Below, piece after piece: positions 1 through 10,588 of a DNA stretch of 64,000 nucleotides; position 1 is the stretch's first letter, and every line of letters starts with the position of its first letter. Position numbers and translations under genes: made by a program. Source of the DNA: an uncultured Bdellovibrio sp. (GTDB lineage Bacteria > Bdellovibrionota > Bdellovibrionia > Bdellovibrionales > Bdellovibrionaceae); NCBI GenBank assembly GCA_963932905.1, contig CAWVRN010000003.1, positions 128,001 through 192,000 on the forward strand, in the 5' to 3' direction. The notes beneath the pieces are model-generated. The model worked only from the letters and a program-made list of their open reading frames with translations. It did no database searches and was not told where the DNA came from.

Positions 1-873
1 AAAGACAAACAGTTACTTCAAGGTGTTGAGCATATTGTGATCGACGAGGCCGATCGCATGCTAGATAGCGGTTTTACCCCACAGCTTAAAAGCATCCAAA
101 ATACGCTTCGAGGACTTAAACAAACCCTAATGTTTTCCGCTAGTTTAACGAGTGAAGTTGAAGCTATTGCTAAACTATTTATGAACCCGACTTCCACAAC
201 AATGATTCGATCGGCACAAGCTGAAAAACCGGTCTCGACACTAACTCAGACAGTGCTATTCATCGATAAAGCTGCTAAAAATGATCGCTTACTGGATGAG
301 TTAAACAAAACCCAAGGCAGCATCATCGTGTTCTGCCAAAACCAAGGCGGCTGCGAACGCACCGGCCAGCATTTAAAAGAGTACGGCTATGAAATGGATT
401 TGATCCACGCCGGACATTCACAAGGGCACCGCAATCGCGCCATCAAAGCTTTCCGTGACGGTGAAATTCGCGTTTTAGTAACGACAGATTTACTTGCTCG
501 TGGACTGGATGTGCCTAATGTAGAAACTGTGATAAACTTCGAAATGCCATCGCAAGCAGATGATTTCTTGCACCGAATTGGTCGCACCGCTCGTGCCGGT
601 CGCGCTGGTCACGCCATCACGTTTGTTAGTCCGTCAGATAAAAATGTGTATGGAAAAATTAAAAAATACATATTGGGTGCTGAAGAAATTAAAGTCACAC
701 CCGATTTTGAATTCATGGAACCACGTCCTTCAAACCACTTCTCTGAACGCAACAAAAAGCGCATCAAAGAAAAAAAAGAAACGTTTGATCCCACTCGTAG
801 ACCTAAAGGAAAACCGCAATCTAAAACTTACGGCGATCTTCACAAGCCAAACAAATACGCTAAAAAATCTTAA
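1..873 (+). CDS. DEAD-box RNA helicase, C-terminal part (5' end outside window)
   Basis: DEAD (VIDEADRMLD), motif III variant SAS, ARGLD and HRIGRTAR motifs; basic C-terminal tail; frame open to base 1. Confidence 0.95.
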   Translation, partial: KDKQLLQGVEHIVIDEADRMLDSGFTPQLKSIQNTLRGLKQTLMFSASLTSEVEAIAKLFMNPTSTTMIRSAQAEKPVSTLTQTVLFIDKAAKNDRLLDELNKTQGSIIVFCQNQGGCERTGQHLKEYGYEMDLIHAGHSQGHRNRAIKAFRDGEIRVLVTTDLLARGLDVPNVETVINFEMPSQADDFLHRIGRTARAGRAGHAITFVSPSDKNVYGKIKKYILGAEEIKVTPDFEFMEPRPSNHFSERNKKRIKEKKETFDPTRRPKGKPQSKTYGDLHKPNKYAKKS

Positions 874-1910
874 TCGTTTTTCCAATAAGAATTTTGATCA
901 AAGTCAGCCCGATGGATTTGATATCGCAAGGTCAATACTAGCTGACCTTGCAGGTTCGGTTCTGTAATTTTCTTCACCAACACGGCGCCAATTTTATCTA
1001 GCGCTTTCTGTGAACGAAAATTATGTTCACCAACGTCGAAATAGACAGTATCTACAAATCTATAAGCATATTCTAGCATTAGTTTTTTAAGCTCTTTATT
1101 ATAGTTTCCACCCCAGCAGTCACGCGCCAAGAACGTATAGCCAACAACCACTTCCCGCAGATAATGGTTGTATTCATAGAAACTAGAACTACCGATGACT
1201 TTTCTACCATCGGCGGTTTTGACCAGCAAAGCTCCGTGGCGATTAATTCCAGAATCAAAAAATTTTTGAAACACATCGCGCTGATAGCGAAGCGGATTCG
1301 GATGAACTTCCCAGATCAACGGGTCACTGGCCACTTTATATAAAGTTTCAAAATGATCTTTCTGCAAAGGCTCGATCTGTAAAAGCTCACCTTTTAAATG
1401 CGGTTGCCAATTCCGATTTTTAAGTTCAAAATGATTAATTGGCTCGACATCATCATGGCGAAGCCATTCAAAGCCAATATTTTCTAAAATTTTTGCCGAC
1501 GCTGGATTGCCATCTTCTGTGACAGCTTGAACCGAAGACAAGTTTAGGGTGTGAAATGCAGCTTCCACAAGGCAACGGCAAACTTCTGTAGCGTAACCCT
1601 GCCCCCAAAATTTCTTTACCATCATGTACCCAAGTTCTGCACTACGATTAGGTTTCGGCAGCAACATAAACCAGCCAATAAATTCTTTCGTATCGTTTAA
1701 TTCGACTGCCCATACTCCATTGGGTTCCTGTCCATCGTTTCTTTGAAGCTGATCTTTCAAACGTTCTCGCGTTTGCGCCTCTGTGCGTGGAGTTTTTATT
1801 CGTGTGTACCTTACAACATCCGGATCAGACTCTAATTGTCTCAAATTGGAAAAATCATTTTGATTCAAACGTCTTAGTTGCGTTCGGCGCGTTTTCAAAT
1901 CGTACTTCAT
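870..1910 (-). CDS. Tandem two-domain GNAT (RimJ/RimL-like) acetyltransferase
   Basis: Two GNAT domains: ELGY...FWGQGYATE...NPAS..LE.IGF and VGYTFLARDCWG...NFRSQKALDKIGA. Confidence 0.85.
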   Translation of the reverse strand: MKYDLKTRRTQLRRLNQNDFSNLRQLESDPDVVRYTRIKTPRTEAQTRERLKDQLQRNDGQEPNGVWAVELNDTKEFIGWFMLLPKPNRSAELGYMMVKKFWGQGYATEVCRCLVEAAFHTLNLSSVQAVTEDGNPASAKILENIGFEWLRHDDVEPINHFELKNRNWQPHLKGELLQIEPLQKDHFETLYKVASDPLIWEVHPNPLRYQRDVFQKFFDSGINRHGALLVKTADGRKVIGSSSFYEYNHYLREVVVGYTFLARDCWGGNYNKELKKLMLEYAYRFVDTVYFDVGEHNFRSQKALDKIGAVLVKKITEPNLQGQLVLTLRYQIHRADFDQNSYWKND

Positions 1911-1927
1911 GGACTCCTTAATTACGT

Positions 1928-1942
1928 GTCTTATTTTGACAC
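1928..1942. promoter_or_regulatory. GTCTYA-N3-TRAGAC-like palindrome, putative operator
   Basis: gtcttattttgacac; related sites at 30193 and 30234 precede the other Ig/RCC1 gene. Confidence 0.35.
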
Positions 1943-2020
1943 GGTTTGCATGTTAAACCTCAAGAAAAATCGATTCTTCGCCGAACAATTAAGGACGAAT
2001 GTCACCTTAAGGGAGAACCT

Positions 2021-4969
2021 TTGAACGTTGTTTTGAAACTAGTCCTGGCTATCCTACTCAATATACTTGTGATTGGTTGCACACCAGTCAATGTAGCTTT
2101 GAATTCAGAGTTTGGTTTGTCTTTAGGCAAATCAGATGATGAGCAAAACACAATCACAGCCAAGATCGTTGTTGAAACTAGACCGGAATATATCAACAAA
2201 GCCAACTCAACAAACCTAGCTTTTTCTGGGACTTGCGAAAATCTAATCAGCGCACAAGTCAAAATCAACGGTGCTGCGTCAGACTATGGTTCTATTACCT
2301 GTACTTCGGGACAATGGCGTACCAACATAGATGTAAGCCCAATACCAGATGGTAACGTCATTTTTGAATTTTTAGATTCATCTTCTAGAAAATCTTTAAA
2401 AACTTTATCCATTGCAAAAGATACCGACGCACCAACTGCATTGTTAGGCTATGCAATGACTCAAGTGAATAACAGTAGCACGATCATGATCTCAGTCGAT
2501 CCAGCTATCGGTGTAATATATTATAGTTATAAATATGGCTTAACGTCTTCTACTGACTGCTCGGTAGCAAGTGGCTACTCGACCTATGCATCGACCAATT
2601 CTTTTGCTACACAAAATCTTACAAGTGGCGATGGGAACTACAAGCTTTGCTTAATTGGCAAAGATTCATTTGAAAACGAGCAATCCTACGCAAACGCCAC
2701 AAGCATCACATGGCAACTCGATACAGCTCCACCCGTACTTAGTTTCGATAGCGCAACATCCAGCACTTATGTCAATAGTCTAAACAAAAATGCATTTTCC
2801 TTCACCGTGAATTGTTCTGAAATTGGTAGAAACGTAAAACTAAAAACCATTGATAAAAACGCTGTTGAACTATTCGCGGTTGTCGCCTGTTCCAGCAGTA
2901 ATTTGGCCACTTACACATTCAACGTGTCTCCCTTCGCAGAAGGTTTGGTTAAATTTTTTGCCATACAAGAAGATGAAGCTGGTAATACCACTAACTATCT
3001 AGCACTTTCTCTGACTAAAGATTCTCTCCCGCCAGCCTTTGCAAACTCGACAGTCGTTGATGCTAACTATTATGCAAGCCTTACTCAAAGTCCGATTATA
3101 ACTTGGTCAACAACTACTGACGTTGGTGGCAGCGGCTTTCACGAATTTCAAATTGGTTTCGGCTCAAACAATGCCTCTCCTAACTTAGTCTCCTTCCAAA
3201 GCGTCGGAACAATCACCTCCAGACAGTACACGTTTATTGGCGGCAACCTAACAGAGGACTCTTTATACTATACATTTGTTAAAGCCATCGATATGGCTGG
3301 TAACAGCGCAGTGATTGTTAGTGACGGCTGGAAACCCGATGTCACAGCTCCCACCGTGGGTACCGTTGACGATGGCACTTACGCGTCTCCAGGTTCAACC
3401 CAAACAGTTAGTTGGGGTGCTGGCAATGATAGCTCTGGATCAGGAATCGATCACTACGAGCTTGCTATCGGAACAACATCAGGTGGTACCGAAATACTAA
3501 CATGGTCTAATGTTGGCACGGTCACATCAATTACTGAATCAAACTCGGCTCTTAATTTTGGTGGTGGTACCTATTATGTGTCGATTCGCGCCGTCGATAT
3601 AGCTGGCAATATTGGATCTGCGTCCTTAGGAGATGGTTTTAGAATCAAACCTACTATCTCGTTGTTGGCGTCGAATTCAGGTGCGTACGCCGCCATCATG
3701 ACGAATGGCAAAGTCGTCGCTTGGGGTGACTCTTCGTACGGTGGTGACTACTCGTCTATTCCGACCGCGCTTAAAACCGGTTCACTAACAGCCACGCATA
3801 TCGCGGCAACAACTGACGCTTTTGCCGCCATAGCCAGCGATGGCTCCGTTTACTCCTGGGGAAATAGCTCCAGTGGCGGCGACATGTCGTCCGTAGCCAA
3901 CGATCTCAACGGCAGTATTGATGCTGTTCAAATTATATCTAACTCTTTTGCGTTCGCGGTACGCCGATCAGACGGAAGCGTTGTGTCTTGGGGTAATAGT
4001 AATTACGGTGGAACGGTGTCTGCCAGTATGAGAACAGCATTGGATGGAACGATTCCCGTAGTTGATATCAAAGCTTCAAATTCCGCCTTTGCCGCTCTTC
4101 GATCTGACGGTTCTGTGATCGCGTGGGGTTTATCTAGTGGTGGCGGCGATACCACATCGGTCGCATCGGACATAGATGGAACTAACGATGTGAGTGAAAT
4201 TTACACAACATCAGCGGCATTCATCGCCAAACGAGTCGACGGATCATTGGTATCCTGGGGATATTATCCTAGCGGAGTCAGCTTTTCTGATATTGCTAGT
4301 TCTGTAAACGGAAGCGTTCCTGTAACTCATATTCAAACTACTCCGAATGCCGCGGCTGCTATTCGTAGCGATGGCTCAGTTATAACCTGGGGATCCTCGT
4401 CACACGGAGGTAATTCTTCTGCTGTCGCTTCAGCCATTGATGGAACGATCGACGTAAGTAGCATTTATTCTAACGGTTATAGCTTCTCTGCTCTACGAAT
4501 CGACGGTTCAGTCATTACATGGGGGCAAAGTGATAAGGGCGGCGACTCAAGTGCCGTTGCGGCCTTGCTTACCGGATCACCTTATAAAACGGTTAGTATT
4601 GCTCACAACTACACCGCCTACGCAGCGATTCAAGACAATGGCTCGATCATAGCATGGGGATTGGCAAGCAGTGGTGGGTCACCTGCCTTTTCAGCCGGGG
4701 TTCTTGATGGAAGTATTAAAGCTACCTATGTTGCCGGCAGCTATGCTGCATTTGCAGCCCTTCGAGAAAATGGCTCGGTCATCACATGGGGTTCATCTGG
4801 ATATGGCGGCGACTCTTCGTCCGTTGCGACCAAGATTGACGGCACAAAACCTGTTGTCGCACTTTACGCCAACATGTGGTCGTTTGTTGCTGTGTATTCC
4901 GACGGCCAGTTTGTCACTTGGGGTGATGTCAGCGTTGGCGGCGACTCTTCGGCTATCAATCCCGACTAG
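2021..4969 (+). CDS. Lipoprotein with Ig/FnIII-like domains and C-terminal RCC1-like beta-propeller repeats
   Basis: GGAG then TTG at 2021 gives lipobox VIGC (ORF track starts 1946); DxxAP Ig linkers; about 9 AFAA..xDGSV.xWG...GGD repeats. Confidence 0.8.
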   Translation: MNVVLKLVLAILLNILVIGCTPVNVALNSEFGLSLGKSDDEQNTITAKIVVETRPEYINKANSTNLAFSGTCENLISAQVKINGAASDYGSITCTSGQWRTNIDVSPIPDGNVIFEFLDSSSRKSLKTLSIAKDTDAPTALLGYAMTQVNNSSTIMISVDPAIGVIYYSYKYGLTSSTDCSVASGYSTYASTNSFATQNLTSGDGNYKLCLIGKDSFENEQSYANATSITWQLDTAPPVLSFDSATSSTYVNSLNKNAFSFTVNCSEIGRNVKLKTIDKNAVELFAVVACSSSNLATYTFNVSPFAEGLVKFFAIQEDEAGNTTNYLALSLTKDSLPPAFANSTVVDANYYASLTQSPIITWSTTTDVGGSGFHEFQIGFGSNNASPNLVSFQSVGTITSRQYTFIGGNLTEDSLYYTFVKAIDMAGNSAVIVSDGWKPDVTAPTVGTVDDGTYASPGSTQTVSWGAGNDSSGSGIDHYELAIGTTSGGTEILTWSNVGTVTSITESNSALNFGGGTYYVSIRAVDIAGNIGSASLGDGFRIKPTISLLASNSGAYAAIMTNGKVVAWGDSSYGGDYSSIPTALKTGSLTATHIAATTDAFAAIASDGSVYSWGNSSSGGDMSSVANDLNGSIDAVQIISNSFAFAVRRSDGSVVSWGNSNYGGTVSASMRTALDGTIPVVDIKASNSAFAALRSDGSVIAWGLSSGGGDTTSVASDIDGTNDVSEIYTTSAAFIAKRVDGSLVSWGYYPSGVSFSDIASSVNGSVPVTHIQTTPNAAAAIRSDGSVITWGSSSHGGNSSAVASAIDGTIDVSSIYSNGYSFSALRIDGSVITWGQSDKGGDSSAVAALLTGSPYKTVSIAHNYTAYAAIQDNGSIIAWGLASSGGSPAFSAGVLDGSIKATYVAGSYAAFAALRENGSVITWGSSGYGGDSSSVATKIDGTKPVVALYANMWSFVAVYSDGQFVTWGDVSVGGDSSAINPD

Positions 4970-5004
4970 TTGACCGATTTCAGGCCAAACGTTAGTCTCT
5001 ATCC

Positions 5005-5343
5005 ATGAATTCATTTTATAGCATCGGCTTACTAATCGCATCTAACATATTTATGACTTTTGCCTGGTATGGCCACTTGAAGAACAATCAAAACAGTCCT
5101 TTGTGGCTGGTGATTCTAGCCTCCTGGGGAATCGCTTTTTTTGAATACTGCTTGCAAGTTCCTGCCAATCGATATGGCATTCAATCGTTTACATTGCCAC
5201 AACTTAAAATCATTCAAGAAGTGATTACGCTGTTGGTGTTTTTAGGATTCGGCTATTTCTACATGAATCAACCGCTGAAACTAAATTACTTATGGGCATC
5301 CATTTGTTTATTAGGCGCCGTGTTCTTTATTTTCCGCGATTAG
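5005..5343 (+). CDS. DMT-superfamily small membrane protein (DMT_6/DUF486-like)
   Basis: SNIFMTFAWYGHLK, SWGIAFFEY.LQVPANR.G, QLKIIQEVITL motifs. Confidence 0.9.
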   Translation: MNSFYSIGLLIASNIFMTFAWYGHLKNNQNSPLWLVILASWGIAFFEYCLQVPANRYGIQSFTLPQLKIIQEVITLLVFLGFGYFYMNQPLKLNYLWASICLLGAVFFIFRD

Positions 5344-5351
5344 TTTGGAAT

Positions 5352-6317
5352 TTACTTCGCACCGTCAGCGATCCATTTATTAATCAATGCCACATCTTTT
5401 AAAGTCACATCTGTGACTTTACCCGCTACGACATCTTTTTTCGGCGGCATTAAACGAATATCTTGACGAATATTTTCGTCTTTAACGACCGACATGTACA
5501 TGATACTTTGCTCTGGTTGACCGACAACAACAAACGATTGGCCGAACGAGTTGGTTAATGCTAACAATTCATCACGGGTACCAAACACTAGCTCATCCGC
5601 TTTGCCATCTGTTTTGTGGCAGATCATACATTTTTTTTCTAGTACTTCTGATTTCAGCAACGCAAAATCCACAACTTCTGGTAAAGCCGCACTTGGCGGA
5701 GGCTCCACTGCGATTTGCCCTTGCGGTGTCATTGCATTTATAGTCGGATCAACAGTACCTTGCGTAGGTGGCGTTGGTTGTGGCTCTACGGCTGTTGGAG
5801 CCGGCATTGTGCTTGGCGCTGGCTGCTGAGCCTTGTCCGCTGGTTGATCAGTGGGCTTAACTTCAAGTACTGGCTCTGTTTTCTTCACAGCGACGCCAGC
5901 AATCCATGCCGCTACCACATGCTGTTCTGACGGCGTAACTGACGGGTGAGGAGAATCTTTCGGCGGCATCACTTTCGCTTTACCACGAATCGATTCATCA
6001 CTAACGATCGATTTATAAAATAGACTTTCTGCCGGACGACCTGGGACCACCAAGGCACCCAAATCAGATGCCCCATCTACAATTTGGGCTTCGGTTTCAA
6101 ATGGAATATCCTTCGCATCCGATTTGCTATCAGCCTTGTGGCAGCTTAAACATTTTTTATCGATAATGTTCGTTTTAATCGACACAAATGTTGCTTCCAA
6201 GTTAACATCAGATACGGTCTGCTTGGTTGTGGCGCGACCCGACTGCCCTTGAGGTTCGGCGTATTGACTGCAGTTAACTAAAAATAAGGCACTGGTAATT
6301 AAAACGAATTTTTTCAT
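5352..6317 (-). CDS. Di-heme c-type cytochrome lipoprotein (two planctomycete-cytochrome-C-like domains)
   Basis: Lipobox-like LVNC; CLSCH and CMICH; each domain has G.P..S..Y...MPP...WI.GA pattern; Pro/Thr-rich linker. Confidence 0.8.
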   Translation of the reverse strand: MKKFVLITSALFLVNCSQYAEPQGQSGRATTKQTVSDVNLEATFVSIKTNIIDKKCLSCHKADSKSDAKDIPFETEAQIVDGASDLGALVVPGRPAESLFYKSIVSDESIRGKAKVMPPKDSPHPSVTPSEQHVVAAWIAGVAVKKTEPVLEVKPTDQPADKAQQPAPSTMPAPTAVEPQPTPPTQGTVDPTINAMTPQGQIAVEPPPSAALPEVVDFALLKSEVLEKKCMICHKTDGKADELVFGTRDELLALTNSFGQSFVVVGQPEQSIMYMSVVKDENIRQDIRLMPPKKDVVAGKVTDVTLKDVALINKWIADGAK

Positions 6318-6383
6318 AGCCTAGTTGTTTTACCAGACTTTGACTATTTAACCCCTGTCATAGAATTAGACGGTATTTTTTGC

Positions 6384-7409
6384 TTACTTCAAAAAATCTC
6401 CATAGATGCGCGTTCCTACAAGGAAGTGCTGTTCAAAACGCGAATCACCAGATTCTGGTTTAATGGTCGTCTGTGTCACCATCACGTGATAGCGAAAGAT
6501 ATCTTGAGGATAAGGTTTAAACTCGACACCCACAGCGACACCATCATACTGTTCTTTAACGGAACCATTCTTTTTCGTAGTCATCTCGTATTTAAATTTA
6601 GGTATAACGTCTTCAAAATCATAACCTGCATCGAATAACAAAGTCGTAATCGTGTCCTTCACATCGACAGCCGACACATTTTTTTGCGCAAAAATAATAT
6701 AGTCCAAGTTTATGTAGTATGGCTTTGGATCCCACTTCACACCCGCCGACGAAATATTGGTCGTCATTTTCACATCCGTCGACATGCCTTGCTTTTCATC
6801 GCTAAAGTACCCCAAGTTTGGGAACAGCGTACTATTTAAAAACTTTCCTTTGTACACCAAACCATACGCTAATTTTGTTTGTTCGATGGATTGCGAGTCC
6901 GACTGATTCACTACGTACAGAGAGACTTCTTGCCCTAGCACGGCAGCGGTTAATTTAGCACCGCTGACATACAGAAAATCATTGGTGGATAAAGCAGCAT
7001 AAGCCTGGGAAGGCAGGTATATATCGGGCGACGACATATTGCCTTCGATCGAACCTAGTTCAGAGGCAAATTTACCTAAAGTGATCCAAATATCTTCGGA
7101 AACTTTATCTTGAACATAGGCATAATCCACCTGAGTCGAAAAATTATCGGTTTTGTGCTGAGCGGTGGCGCCATCATGATCAATTCCCCAACGTAAACGA
7201 TAGGAAATATCTTTATTCAAGTTTCCTTTAAAATCCACCCGTCCTGTACGCATTAGAAACTGGGATGATGCTTTTGATCCTGCTGCTTTAGCGGCATTAT
7301 TGTAGCTAGAAGAGTCCCATTCGAAACGAAAATCAAAATTAACACTGCCTGGGTGGGCCAAACCAACTAACAATAATAAAAACACCGACACCTTGAGCGC
7401 GTTAAACAT
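6384..7409 (-). CDS. Outer-membrane beta-barrel porin (OprO/OprP-like)
   Basis: Signal peptide, R.DFKG.L...ISYRLR, DYAYV, ITLGK; amphipathic beta strands; aromatic near C-terminus. Confidence 0.7.
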   Translation of the reverse strand: MFNALKVSVFLLLLVGLAHPGSVNFDFRFEWDSSSYNNAAKAAGSKASSQFLMRTGRVDFKGNLNKDISYRLRWGIDHDGATAQHKTDNFSTQVDYAYVQDKVSEDIWITLGKFASELGSIEGNMSSPDIYLPSQAYAALSTNDFLYVSGAKLTAAVLGQEVSLYVVNQSDSQSIEQTKLAYGLVYKGKFLNSTLFPNLGYFSDEKQGMSTDVKMTTNISSAGVKWDPKPYYINLDYIIFAQKNVSAVDVKDTITTLLFDAGYDFEDVIPKFKYEMTTKKNGSVKEQYDGVAVGVEFKPYPQDIFRYHVMVTQTTIKPESGDSRFEQHFLVGTRIYGDFLK

Positions 7410-7477
7410 AACCCCTCTCTCCCAACGCTATGTTGTTGAATACAGAAATGGTGTCGTCGAATTTTTAAAAGTGCAAT

Positions 7478-7840
7478 CTATTTTTTAAGAACAGAAACAA
7501 CCGCTTCTTCAAGCTCTACACGGTTCCATGGTTTATTGATAAACGAACGAACGCTGTATGTTCGCAGCTGGTTAGCCACCATACTATCAGCGTGCCCAGT
7601 TAAAATTATAACCGGAGTATTTAGTCCCAGTAGTTTAATTTTTCGTAACAATTCAAAACCGTTCATTTTCGGCATTGCAATGTCGGAAATAACTAAATCA
7701 ATTTTCTGTTTGGTAAGAATTTCGATCGCTTCAACCCCATTGGCCGCGAAAAAAAACTGGCGTCCGTCATCTTCCAATTGCAAACTGATCAGTTCACGAA
7801 TTTCATCTTCATCATCGACAATTAATACTGAATTAGGCAT
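7478..7840 (-). CDS. Single-domain response regulator (receiver)
   Basis: VLIVDDE, DLVISDIAMPKMNG, ILTG, FINKP. Confidence 0.95.
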   Translation of the reverse strand: MPNSVLIVDDEDEIRELISLQLEDDGRQFFFAANGVEAIEILTKQKIDLVISDIAMPKMNGFELLRKIKLLGLNTPVIILTGHADSMVANQLRTYSVRSFINKPWNRVELEEAVVSVLKK

Positions 7841-7846
7841 AATCTT

Positions 7847-7874
7847 CTATCGTCTGCTAGAGTCACAAACTTGA
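7847..7874 (-). promoter_or_regulatory. Sigma-28 (FliA)-like promoter
   Basis: Minus strand TCAAG-N15-GACGATAG ending 6 nt before the ATG. Confidence 0.4.
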
Positions 7875-7904
7875 ACGTTATTGTTACGAGCTGGCCTTAG
7901 CGAC

Positions 7905-9242
7905 CTAAAGAATTCGCGATACCATATCTAATAAAATCAATAATGGTATTAAATAAAGCAAAACTACCTTCAACGGTAAATAAAACCAACCCGAAGTCAC
8001 CGTCCCATTCTTAGTAACAAAATCAAGAAATCCTGAGGACTGGATTTGTTTACGAGTCATCAGCAGCATACAAAACACCCCCAGAGGCAGCAACCAGTGA
8101 ATCAAAAAGTGGTCCATTCTTTCGATCAAATTAAAGTTATTAATCCGCATATTATTCGCCTTTACGAAGAAATTAAACGGAACCCCCATAGAAGGCAGAG
8201 AGCTAAAAATAAAGAGCGCTACACCAGTGAAAACACCCATCTTGTTTTGTAACTTCAGACTGCACTCGCCGCCCGATTTTGGCGCCACAACGGGTTTCAT
8301 CAATGCTATGACCGCACGAAATAAAATTAGCGAACTATTCAGTGCCGACAGGTATAGAAAAAAGAAAAACAAGAATCCAAAAATGGCCCCGTATTTATAA
8401 GTCAAAAACGAGGGTGGCAGAAAATCAAATAATAAGAATGGATTTGAATGAGCCTTGTCTCTTTGCAAAAATACAATAGGAAAAATCACTACCAAAGAAA
8501 CCAAAGAAAATAAAATATCCATAATCGTCATTCTTAACGCAATCGATGGTGCATGATCGTCGGATTGATACATTTCCCGAATGGTTAAAAACACCCCAAA
8601 ACCGACACTCATTGTGAAAAATACGTGGCCGATCGCATGACCGATACTTGTACGACTCCATTCTTCAAAGTCTGGATAAAATAGATAACGTAGCGAATCT
8701 CCGATACTGGTCAACTGCAAAGAACGATACAATAGCAACCCGAGTGTAATCAAAATTAACGGCAAAACCACAGCCCGAAATCGCCACAGCAAAGACTCCT
8801 TTTGAGTCATCCAAATAGAAACAAAAGCAATGATATGTACGCTGGCCAAAATCCACTGCAGCCAAGGCTGACTAAACAAAACAAACAAACCTTGCGGCAT
8901 GCGATCGGGAATCATCATCATAAGCAAAAAGTCTGTTAAGAAAAAAAGGACCCAACCACTGATAACACTATAATAGGTGAGAACGAAGAAACTTAAAACG
9001 ACGGGAACAAATCGGTAGTAGAGTTTTCTCTGCCCGCTTTTTTGCATTTCGGAAGACAAAAACATCTCTAGCACCAATACCGGCAGACCTACAAAAAAGC
9101 CCAAGAAAATATACAAGAAAACAAACGATCCACCACCATTTTCACTGACAACAAATGGAAATCGCCACAGGTTTCCCAAACTAAACGAGGTCCCAAGCGA
9201 AATCATTAGAAACAATAATTGCCGATGAGCCCCCGTGGACAC
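7905..9242 (-). CDS. Sodium-dependent transporter, NSS/SNF family (divergent)
   Basis: LGNLWRFP, ENGGGSF, YYSVISGW, FFTMSVGFG; many TM segments. Confidence 0.85.
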   Translation of the reverse strand: MSTGAHRQLLFLMISLGTSFSLGNLWRFPFVVSENGGGSFVFLYIFLGFFVGLPVLVLEMFLSSEMQKSGQRKLYYRFVPVVLSFFVLTYYSVISGWVLFFLTDFLLMMMIPDRMPQGLFVLFSQPWLQWILASVHIIAFVSIWMTQKESLLWRFRAVVLPLILITLGLLLYRSLQLTSIGDSLRYLFYPDFEEWSRTSIGHAIGHVFFTMSVGFGVFLTIREMYQSDDHAPSIALRMTIMDILFSLVSLVVIFPIVFLQRDKAHSNPFLLFDFLPPSFLTYKYGAIFGFLFFFFLYLSALNSSLILFRAVIALMKPVVAPKSGGECSLKLQNKMGVFTGVALFIFSSLPSMGVPFNFFVKANNMRINNFNLIERMDHFLIHWLLPLGVFCMLLMTRKQIQSSGFLDFVTKNGTVTSGWFYLPLKVVLLYLIPLLILLDMVSRIL

Positions 9243-9244
9243 GT

Positions 9245-10588
9245 CTATTCTCCCTGATTACGTGAACGCATACAGAAGATGCGTATAGGAACGCCGTACA
9301 GTTTAAAATGTTCTTTCATCTGATTTACAAGGAATCGACGATAGGACGGCGTCACAGCATCAGGATAGTTGGCAAATGCAATGAATGCAGGTGGTTTCTG
9401 ATACGTCTGAGTCAAATAGTAGAATTTAACGTTAACAGTACCCGCGCGCGGCGCCGGCGCTCTACGAATCGCACTAAAGAACCAATCATTCAATTCGCTT
9501 GTCGTAGTTCTGAAATTCATTTTTTCAACTGTAGACTGGATTTCATTCATCAACTCGCCAAGACCCTTGCCTTCATGCGCTGACGTAAATACGATATTAA
9601 TATCTGTGAAAAAATGAAAATGACGCTCAATCTGTTCACGGAATTTTTCTTTGTAATGAGGATTTTCTTTTCTAGCCAAATCCGACTTGTTGGCCACCAC
9701 GATAATACCACGGTGGTCTTCCAGAACTAGTTCCAAAATTTTAGCATCTTGTTCTGTTGGACCTTCCACGCAGTCAATCACTAGCAATACCATCTGTGAT
9801 TTACGAATCGCTTCACGAGTTTTAAAGTTCGCAATAACCTCGATATCTTCGTCCACTTTAGATTTACGACGGAGACCTGCGGTATCGATCAAGGTAAAAA
9901 TCTTTTTGTCGTATTCAAACTGCGAATCAACAGCATCCACGGTCGTACCCGCAATTGGACTGACCATCATCCGAGAAATTCCTAAAATTGAATTACACAG
10001 AGAGCTTTTCCCGACATTTGGTTTACCCACAATCGAGAACGTAATCCCACGCTCTTTTTCGATCGCTTTATCTGGTATCAGATTTGTGATCCACTCTAAT
10101 GTTTCTGCGATCCCTTTTCGCTGCTCGAATGCCGCCGTAATTGGATTTTCAGAAAATTCATAAAAGTCAGCTTTTGCGATTTCTTCATCTTGTACTTTAT
10201 CGACTTTATTAATTAACAATAAAAATGGCTTACCCGTTTTCTTTACAATTGTGACAATATCGCGATCTTCCGGAATTAGCCCTGCGCGACCATCAGCCAC
10301 CATGATAATTAAATCCACAGATTCCAGGAATTCGATTACCTGTTCCCTAATCATTTTCGAGAATATATCACCGGCTTCAGTGACCCCACCCGTGTCGATC
10401 AAATCAAATGTCTTGTTCCATATTTCCACGGGTTCGATCATGATGTCACGAGTGACACCCGGCTGATCTTTAACGACAGATTTGCGAGTTCCTGTAATGA
10501 TGTTAAATAGCGTAGATTTACCTACGTTTGGCCGACCGACAATGGCGACTTTAGGGACATCGTTAGTTTTTATTTCGATTTTTTTCAT
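9245..10588 (-). CDS. der: Ribosome biogenesis GTPase Der
   Basis: Two G domains (GRPNVGKS, GKPNVGKS), DTGG/DTAG, C-terminal KH-like domain. Confidence 0.98.
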   Translation of the reverse strand: MKKIEIKTNDVPKVAIVGRPNVGKSTLFNIITGTRKSVVKDQPGVTRDIMIEPVEIWNKTFDLIDTGGVTEAGDIFSKMIREQVIEFLESVDLIIMVADGRAGLIPEDRDIVTIVKKTGKPFLLLINKVDKVQDEEIAKADFYEFSENPITAAFEQRKGIAETLEWITNLIPDKAIEKERGITFSIVGKPNVGKSSLCNSILGISRMMVSPIAGTTVDAVDSQFEYDKKIFTLIDTAGLRRKSKVDEDIEVIANFKTREAIRKSQMVLLVIDCVEGPTEQDAKILELVLEDHRGIIVVANKSDLARKENPHYKEKFREQIERHFHFFTDINIVFTSAHEGKGLGELMNEIQSTVEKMNFRTTTSELNDWFFSAIRRAPAPRAGTVNVKFYYLTQTYQKPPAFIAFANYPDAVTPSYRRFLVNQMKEHFKLYGVPIRIFCMRSRNQGE

